From sequence record NC_048182.1: a stretch of DNA of 64,000 bases, one strand, 5' to 3'. Within the stretch, counting starts at the first letter, position 1; each line of letters opens with the position of its first letter. Position numbers and translations under genes: made by a program. Shown here one piece after another: positions 58,053 through 64,000 of this stretch. The notes under the pieces were generated by a model. The model searched no databases, was not told the DNA's origin, and worked only from the letters and a program-made list of their open reading frames with translations.

Positions 58053-59307
58053 GGAAACCATACTTCCTGAGTCATACCGACACACTCTCGTTGAGTCCAG
58101 GTATATCCCTCATACAAGTATGTTGTCTGCTGTTCCTGGTGAACCGGCACTCACAGAGTACTATCGTGGGTCGTATGGTCAAAGCGAAGAACAACTTGGT
58201 TTCCAACCTGATTCCATTGAAACGTACCAGTCGTATAAACGTATCAATAACTTCATTATGAAGGTGGATGACGGAAAGGGTAGTTTTAACTTTGATCCTG
58301 AAAAGGCTCAATCTATTCACATTCTTCAAGCATATGTCTTGTTTGACTTAACGCCAAACATTGGTGATTTGTTCATTAAAGATATTGGGGATGGTAAAGC
58401 TGGTTTGTACATGATCAATGTACAGCCTGAAACTATGACTATTCATGCTGATAAATGTTATCGTATTGAAGCTCAGCTCCAGTGTGAAGTTACAGCCAAG
58501 ATCTACGGGTATCTATCCAGTCAAGTCATTGAAGAGTTGTATTACTCTAAAGACTCTGCCATCGGCGGTGGTAATGCAGTACTGACCAAAACAGACTTTG
58601 ATCTGAATGGTCGACTGTATGACATGATGGCAGCTATTGTTGATGACATTCTGGGTAACTATTACTTCTCGGAAGAAAGCACTATTGTTATTCCGAATGA
58701 AGAGAAAGATATTCTCTATGATCCGTATCTTGCCAAGTTCTTGAGTTACGTTATTCCGCATAACCTTTTGGGTGCTCGTAACAAGATCGAAACCATCAGT
58801 GTGAACTACTACACTGGTGACCGCAAGATGCAAGAACCGTTAACCATATGGGATATGTTCTACCGTAACGATTTCAGTAATCCGAAACGTTATAAGCAAG
58901 AATTCTATACTCATACACGTTCATCACTTATTAACACTCGCTATTACGGTAACGTCTTCTTCTCCAAAATGGACCGTGCTATTCTGGTTCATAAAGAAGG
59001 TGCGTCTAAATATCCGTACATGTATACAGGTGCTGTTGTGCCAATTGGTCCTAATGTGGTTCCTAAACCTAATCCGGAAGGAACTCCACATACCTACTTC
59101 TTCGGAGATGATTTCTACGAATTTGGTGGGACCGAAACTCAACAGTTTATTTGGAAGATGTTCAAAGATAAAACAATGGATAAAGCCGGACTGATGAAAG
59201 TTCTGGAAAACTATTGGAGTCTTGATGAACTGAACAAACTGTATATGGCGGGTATTTATATTGGTGCGATTAAAACAGCACTGATCACTAACAGCCAATA
59301 TACCTAA
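58009..59307 (+). CDS. Virion structural protein, possibly T4 gp14-like neck/stopper
   Basis: 432 aa; LTPNIGDLFIKD resembles the P-x-x-GD-L-I motif of head-tail joining proteins. Confidence 0.45.
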   Translation: MAQTIIGQTPAPTPKETILPESYRHTLVESRYIPHTSMLSAVPGEPALTEYYRGSYGQSEEQLGFQPDSIETYQSYKRINNFIMKVDDGKGSFNFDPEKAQSIHILQAYVLFDLTPNIGDLFIKDIGDGKAGLYMINVQPETMTIHADKCYRIEAQLQCEVTAKIYGYLSSQVIEELYYSKDSAIGGGNAVLTKTDFDLNGRLYDMMAAIVDDILGNYYFSEESTIVIPNEEKDILYDPYLAKFLSYVIPHNLLGARNKIETISVNYYTGDRKMQEPLTIWDMFYRNDFSNPKRYKQEFYTHTRSSLINTRYYGNVFFSKMDRAILVHKEGASKYPYMYTGAVVPIGPNVVPKPNPEGTPHTYFFGDDFYEFGGTETQQFIWKMFKDKTMDKAGLMKVLENYWSLDELNKLYMAGIYIGAIKTALITNSQYT

Positions 59308-59317
59308 GGTAAACTTA

Positions 59318-59941
59318 ATGGATACGAATCGTTATATGTACGTCAGAGGTGAACTGGTTAAGCTTCACCGTATCTTGACAGAAGAACACTTCATTGTCAT
59401 TATGCCAACCACTTCGTTTATGACTCTCAGACAGTTGGAGCACTATAAAGAGCACCAACCTATCGTTGGGTTCGAGTCATTAGAAACCCCGATGGAACGA
59501 CCGTATTCCATTATGAAAATCTTAGAAGCATTCGTACATATGGGGGATGAAGCGCAAGTATACTTCCGTTATCCCAGAAAGGACATCCCCCGTATTTATG
59601 AATCAATCCAGGATTGGATTCGGTATTGGGTTGAAATCAAACGTAACTCCGGTTATCTTAGAACACCTCCAATTGAAGAACTGGAGTTGATCGAGAAGTT
59701 GGCCCGACATATCTTTACAGATTACTCCCACTACCACTACACCAAAATTTTCGATACGCTTAATGTTAAATCTTCAGAGTCCATGACTCTGCTTGATGTG
59801 CTTAAGGGTAGAATGATGTACGGTAACGACATTGACGAACCGATCTCGTACATTTCATATCTTGACGAATACAAATCCCAAACAGGGTACCACTCCACTG
59901 TCGCGTCGCAAGTATACAGTGGATTTGGCGGAGGCATGTAA
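59318..59941 (+). CDS. Conserved hypothetical protein
   Basis: 207 aa, AAGGT RBS. Confidence 0.75.
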   Translation: MDTNRYMYVRGELVKLHRILTEEHFIVIMPTTSFMTLRQLEHYKEHQPIVGFESLETPMERPYSIMKILEAFVHMGDEAQVYFRYPRKDIPRIYESIQDWIRYWVEIKRNSGYLRTPPIEELELIEKLARHIFTDYSHYHYTKIFDTLNVKSSESMTLLDVLKGRMMYGNDIDEPISYISYLDEYKSQTGYHSTVASQVYSGFGGGM

Positions 59942-61293
59942 TGTTATCCACACAGATAGCGGCGCTATTAAGTCAAGCGTCATTAACATCAAAGATCTCC
60001 AATGACATTGCGGAGATTACCGTTCTATCGGCAATCATCATCACCCCCAAGAAACAAATTAAAGTTATGGGGGTAGATGGATTACAGGAGCGTGGAGACT
60101 TTGTAAAGAACCGTTGTGATATGGTTCTTGCAAGTTTCCGTATCCAGCCTGGTATCTACAATAATGACATTGTCCCTTACCGTGATGATTTAGAAGTCCA
60201 TCTCTTTATTGAGAGCGGTGGGAACTCTAAGATGCGACAGTTTGTTGGGGTTCCGTTACTTGACAAGGATGTTCGCCCAGAATCCAATAATACCGATAAC
60301 AACAACATGGCGGCACAGGACTTCATGACAATGATTCCTTATTCGTTCCAGTTGATCGATAAAGGGTTCGCTAAACTTAAGAACATTCAGGTGTCTAACA
60401 TCTACCAGATGAGTAACCCTGCTGATGTTCTCGCTACAGTCATGGAAGAGGAAACCAAGAAAGCAGGGTTAACTGGGTACGATACTTATAAAGGTATCTA
60501 CATGCATAAGCCTGTAGATAATACCAACAAGTACCGCCAGATCATCCTTCCTTCTGGAACCCGTCTGGTCGACGTCCCCACTATCCTTCAAAACCATAAT
60601 GAGTACGGTGTCTATTCAAAAGGTCTTTGTTGTTATTATAAACAAAACTATTGGTGGATGGTTCCGTTGTTCAACACAACACTTGCCGACTCTCATAAAC
60701 GACCGATTGACATTATCAGGCTTCCTCAAAATAAGATTCCTGATTTGAAGTCTACGTTCTATGCTTCTGATGTCGCAATCACTATCCTGGCGGCAGGTGA
60801 TGCGAAACACCACGATGGTGCGGATATCCGTAAGCAGAACAAAGGTTCTGGCCAACGACTAATTATGGGCGATGCCGTCTCTGGTGATACCGGGTACCAT
60901 TATAACAACGGTCGTGCGATCACTACCCGTGCTGACTCCATGCAGGAATATAAGCTCTCTGACCGTCGTGACGGAGAAGAGTATGTTCCGCTTAACCCTA
61001 ACCCTACTGGAAACGTTTGTGCGGCTCTTACAAGCAACGCAATCAACGAAGGTGAGGTAATAGAGGTAGAGTGGCGTAATGGCGATGTAGGGTACTTAGA
61101 ACCCGGTCATCCTATTCGTTATCAGTACATGGAGAATGATCAATCCATGAAAGTTAGAAAAGGCGTATTGCTTGGGTATAAGTGTGACTATCTCCCAATC
61201 ACTTCAGATACATCTCCTGACATGAAACGCACTACTATCTTGTACCTGTTCTTAAAACGAGCAGCAAAATACAAAGTAGAAGAAACAGCATAA
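59941..61293 (+). CDS. Virion structural protein, possibly baseplate hub (phiKZ gp101-like)
   Basis: 450 aa, beta-rich, last gene of the operon; the call is from synteny. Confidence 0.45.
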   Translation: MLSTQIAALLSQASLTSKISNDIAEITVLSAIIITPKKQIKVMGVDGLQERGDFVKNRCDMVLASFRIQPGIYNNDIVPYRDDLEVHLFIESGGNSKMRQFVGVPLLDKDVRPESNNTDNNNMAAQDFMTMIPYSFQLIDKGFAKLKNIQVSNIYQMSNPADVLATVMEEETKKAGLTGYDTYKGIYMHKPVDNTNKYRQIILPSGTRLVDVPTILQNHNEYGVYSKGLCCYYKQNYWWMVPLFNTTLADSHKRPIDIIRLPQNKIPDLKSTFYASDVAITILAAGDAKHHDGADIRKQNKGSGQRLIMGDAVSGDTGYHYNNGRAITTRADSMQEYKLSDRRDGEEYVPLNPNPTGNVCAALTSNAINEGEVIEVEWRNGDVGYLEPGHPIRYQYMENDQSMKVRKGVLLGYKCDYLPITSDTSPDMKRTTILYLFLKRAAKYKVEETA

Positions 61294-61332
61294 TACCTAA
61301 CTCTACTACCGCGAGGTAGTAGAGTTAGTATT
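61292..61332. terminator. Bidirectional terminator
   Basis: CTAACTCTACTACC-GCGA-GGTAGTAGAGTTAG between convergent genes. Confidence 0.85.
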
Positions 61333-61338
61333 CACCTA

Positions 61339-62883
61339 TTATGCGACCATATCGTCAAAGTCTGAGCCACCGCCCATTGCTTCACTTCTGTGTGATAATG
61401 ATTTACGGAATGTCTTTTTCTCAAAGTTAACGTCGTGTACTAAACCGTTATGTGAATCAAGAGGATAGATAAAGAATCGTTGAGATTCCTGAGCACCTTC
61501 ACCACGCATCTTACCAACGTAACCGGTAAAGAAGCATTCGTTGTTTTGGAGCTTAGCTACGTGAGCACCAATAACACAGTCTACTTCGTTCGTCAGTTTG
61601 GTTGAACCTTCTGTCATGGACTTACCGCCAACATCACGGATGAAGTATGCTTCTGAATCATCATCCTGCTCACGGATATATTTCTTAGCATCCGGGTTAA
61701 GCTGGTGTGGTGTGATAAAGATAGAACCACGAGAGGTAAAGAAGTTACGAGCACGGTTGTAAAGGTTCTGTAATTTATCAGAACGCGATTCACCAACACA
61801 ACCGGTCAAGTCTGCCATACCCAGATAGTCATAAGCGGCACAGATGATTTCGTGACCTTTCAGTTCTAAGGTACGAACACGCTGGCAAATCTCATGAATG
61901 TTATCGTGGGTTGGGTTAACGCGGTAGAACTTAAATGCCCAACCGTTCTCGGCAAAGGTATCAATGATTGTTTCTACTACGTCATTGGTGGACGCTTTAA
62001 AGAAGTCTGGCTTGGTGCCAGTCTTCGCAGTAACAAACAACTCATACATACGTTTGAAGATTAGACCTAAACTATCCTCAGCTGACATCAGGACAACAGT
62101 TGGAATCTTAGTCTTGTTACGAAGCATCGGTTTGTTATATAGAGGAATAGACGCGATGATATGAGCCAGGAAGAAAGACTTACCGCGGTTGGTAAGTGCT
62201 TCGATCATGTACATCAAACCACGACGTAATCCACAGTCAGGCCACAGTGCTTCGTTCAAACCTGCCAGACCGGTTTTGATAATACCTTCTGGACTGATTT
62301 CGATTTTGAGTTGGTTGATGACGTCTTTGATTGAATCAGGGTTATCTGACCCTGTAGCTTCGACCACAGCTTTGTCGTAATTGTTTTCATTAAGATCGTT
62401 AATCTTAGCGTCAATCAGTTCACTCAATTTAATCCAGTCATCTTTACTTAGATCTTGTTCACCTTCAAACATGACTGGTCTAACCATGGTTCTGAATTGG
62501 TTAGCGAACTTACCTTTGTTATCAACGTCTTTTAACTCTTTAATAATTTGAAAGATGAGTTGACGTGAGTCTTCTGAACCTAAATCGGTTTTGAATGCAT
62601 CCCCTAATACTTTCTCTAATTCCGGAGAAAGAATAATAATCTCTGCTATCATAGAAGACATCAATGATGTTATGATATTAGAGTCCTCGGGCTGTTCGCT
62701 TATCCACGATAGCAACTTACGCAATTTTGATTCTGTCTTCTTGTCATTCTGTACAAGACTTTCCTTGCTCTTAGGAATTTCTTCAGCCAGCAATAACAAT
62801 TCGTCCATTAAGTCCTTGTCTTTTAAGCGCCATGCTTGAAACATTGCCGTGGCGATTTTGACCAGACGAATCAGGTTGTTCAT
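61339..62883 (-). CDS. DnaB-like replicative helicase (phiKZ gp118-like)
   Basis: Walker A EALTNRGKS, SAED, Walker B AYDYLG, TPHQLN, GKMRGE. Confidence 0.88.
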   Translation of the reverse strand: MNNLIRLVKIATAMFQAWRLKDKDLMDELLLLAEEIPKSKESLVQNDKKTESKLRKLLSWISEQPEDSNIITSLMSSMIAEIIILSPELEKVLGDAFKTDLGSEDSRQLIFQIIKELKDVDNKGKFANQFRTMVRPVMFEGEQDLSKDDWIKLSELIDAKINDLNENNYDKAVVEATGSDNPDSIKDVINQLKIEISPEGIIKTGLAGLNEALWPDCGLRRGLMYMIEALTNRGKSFFLAHIIASIPLYNKPMLRNKTKIPTVVLMSAEDSLGLIFKRMYELFVTAKTGTKPDFFKASTNDVVETIIDTFAENGWAFKFYRVNPTHDNIHEICQRVRTLELKGHEIICAAYDYLGMADLTGCVGESRSDKLQNLYNRARNFFTSRGSIFITPHQLNPDAKKYIREQDDDSEAYFIRDVGGKSMTEGSTKLTNEVDCVIGAHVAKLQNNECFFTGYVGKMRGEGAQESQRFFIYPLDSHNGLVHDVNFEKKTFRKSLSHRSEAMGGGSDFDDMVA

Positions 62884-62922
62884 GTAAAGCTCCTCGGTTT
62901 AAAATTTGTTAAGGTAATGTAT

Positions 62923-63471
62923 ATGATCTTTAAGTTAGGAGATAAAGAAGTCGAGGTATACTTTTTACAAGCTCACCACCTCGATCTTTTGAATTCTTAC
63001 AATATCGATCTTTCTCAGTTGCCATATTTGCCACGCTGCAAAGAGGTGACAGATGAGGATTGTCTCGACTGGCTCAAGTACCAAAGGGCTGTTGAGAAAC
63101 AATACTGTGGTTTTAAGAGTACAACTTATGATTACGCCGGTAATATTAAAATCGGAAACATTAATCGTGAAGGTGTAATCTATAAAGCAAAATATGATGA
63201 AGTATTGAATGGCGACTTCAGTGTTAATTTAGATAGTAAGTGTTACTATCATGAATTCAATGGGAAGCTTTTCATTCTCATTAGTAATAATACTGTGAAC
63301 AGTACGTTGTTCAAACCAGTACAGGGGAATCTGGCCAGTTCTCTTTATCAGTCCCTGCTCCAGGCCTTTAGTATGTTTGAACTGTACTTCCGTGAGAACA
63401 CTACTCTTAAGGAGACAGTGGCTGAAAGGAAACACATTGACCTCGGTTTTGTGCTTTCTAAAGTGTTGTAG
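62923..63471 (+). CDS. Hypothetical protein upstream of the major capsid gene
   Basis: About 182 aa; start moved out of the dnaB overlap to ATG after AAGGT. Confidence 0.7.
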   Translation: MIFKLGDKEVEVYFLQAHHLDLLNSYNIDLSQLPYLPRCKEVTDEDCLDWLKYQRAVEKQYCGFKSTTYDYAGNIKIGNINREGVIYKAKYDEVLNGDFSVNLDSKCYYHEFNGKLFILISNNTVNSTLFKPVQGNLASSLYQSLLQAFSMFELYFRENTTLKETVAERKHIDLGFVLSKVL

Positions 63472-63596
63472 TATTAGTAATACTTTGTGTAACAGTGATG
63501 AATCCAGCGCTGAGTCTATCTTATGCGTAAAAATACACACTGACGCGAACAAATATATTTGTTTTCAAAAGTCTTTTCGTTAAAAGGTAATTATCA

Positions 63597-64000
63597 ATGG
63601 AACAGAATAAATTCCGCTTCAAGACTTCCAAAGCTGGCGGCGATCTTAAAGCAATCATTAATGGTATCGCGTCTGGCCGTCTGACTGAAGCTAAAGGCGA
63701 TCTTACCTCGATCGTCGGCAACGAGTCTATGACCTCTACGCTGAAAACTCTGCAAAGTGGCATGACCTACGGTCAGCAGGCAGCAGTTGCTTCTGCTATC
63801 GAAGGTGCTAGCAACAACGGTAACTTCCAAACTCGCGCTGAACAACTGCGTGACATGATTAAACACGGCGGTATGGAATCCTTCTCCATGCAGATGGACG
63901 CTGGTGCAGTAGCTCGTCAGAAAGCTGCTACCATCGAACTGAACGCCCGTTCTAACCGTCAGTGGGAAGCTGCCGAAACTCTGTACCCAACTCTGGTTGT
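63597..64000 (+). CDS. Major capsid protein, 5' part (truncated by window; phiKZ gp120-like)
   Basis: Open to the window end (MEQNKFRFKTSKAGGDL...VGNES...HGGMESFSM...ETLYPTLV); AAGGT RBS; highly optimised codons; dnaB-small gene-capsid order as in phiKZ-like phages. Confidence 0.8.
   Translation, partial: MEQNKFRFKTSKAGGDLKAIINGIASGRLTEAKGDLTSIVGNESMTSTLKTLQSGMTYGQQAAVASAIEGASNNGNFQTRAEQLRDMIKHGGMESFSMQMDAGAVARQKAATIELNARSNRQWEAAETLYPTLV

Noticed and set aside
61289-61343. TATG on both sides of the 61.3-kb terminator (and near 24868)
   Set aside because: Explained by GCA-TAA gene ends, so not counted for the hairpin+TATG motif
62836-62922. ORF-track start overlapping dnaB on the opposite strand
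   Set aside because: Better RBS-supported ATG at 62923 (or 62917)
1-64000. CRISPR array, tRNA/rRNA genes, stop-codon reassignment
   Set aside because: No regularly spaced repeats or cloverleaf seen; standard code 11 gives dense full-length genes

Overview
This 64 kb window comes from a nucleus-forming jumbo myophage (phiKZ-like, Chimalliviridae); no species is assigned. Left part (1.3-24.9 kb): the phage-nucleus/early core block, with chimallin, four non-virion RNA polymerase subunits, an SbcD nuclease, ChmC-like and PicA-like genes and an SF2 helicase. It also holds small accessory inserts, including a T4 gp57B/Acb1-like anti-CBASS phosphodiesterase. Middle and right part (25-64 kb): virion RNAP beta'-middle subunit, one half of a split family-B DNA polymerase, a large family of paralogous internal head proteins with a shared leader and G-x-E maturation sites, baseplate/neck genes, a DnaB-like helicase and the start of the major capsid gene. 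No tRNA, rRNA, CRISPR array, intron or intein was seen. Most striking unexplained signals: (1) a T-TTT-TTC slippery heptamer at 32299-32305 whose -1 frame is open, without a start codon, into the next ORF, i.e. a lambda G/GT-like programmed frameshift candidate; (2) intergenic hairpins repeatedly followed by TATG(T/C)T, on both strands at convergent junctions; (3) a modular 'common leader + variable cargo' set of injected head proteins; (4) an M48-like membrane protease among the head genes; (5) an SSB-tail mimic on the ChmC-like protein. All family names come from motif recognition and synteny recalled from phiKZ/SPN3US literature, not from database searches. Several starts were moved from the ORF track to better RBS-supported ATGs.
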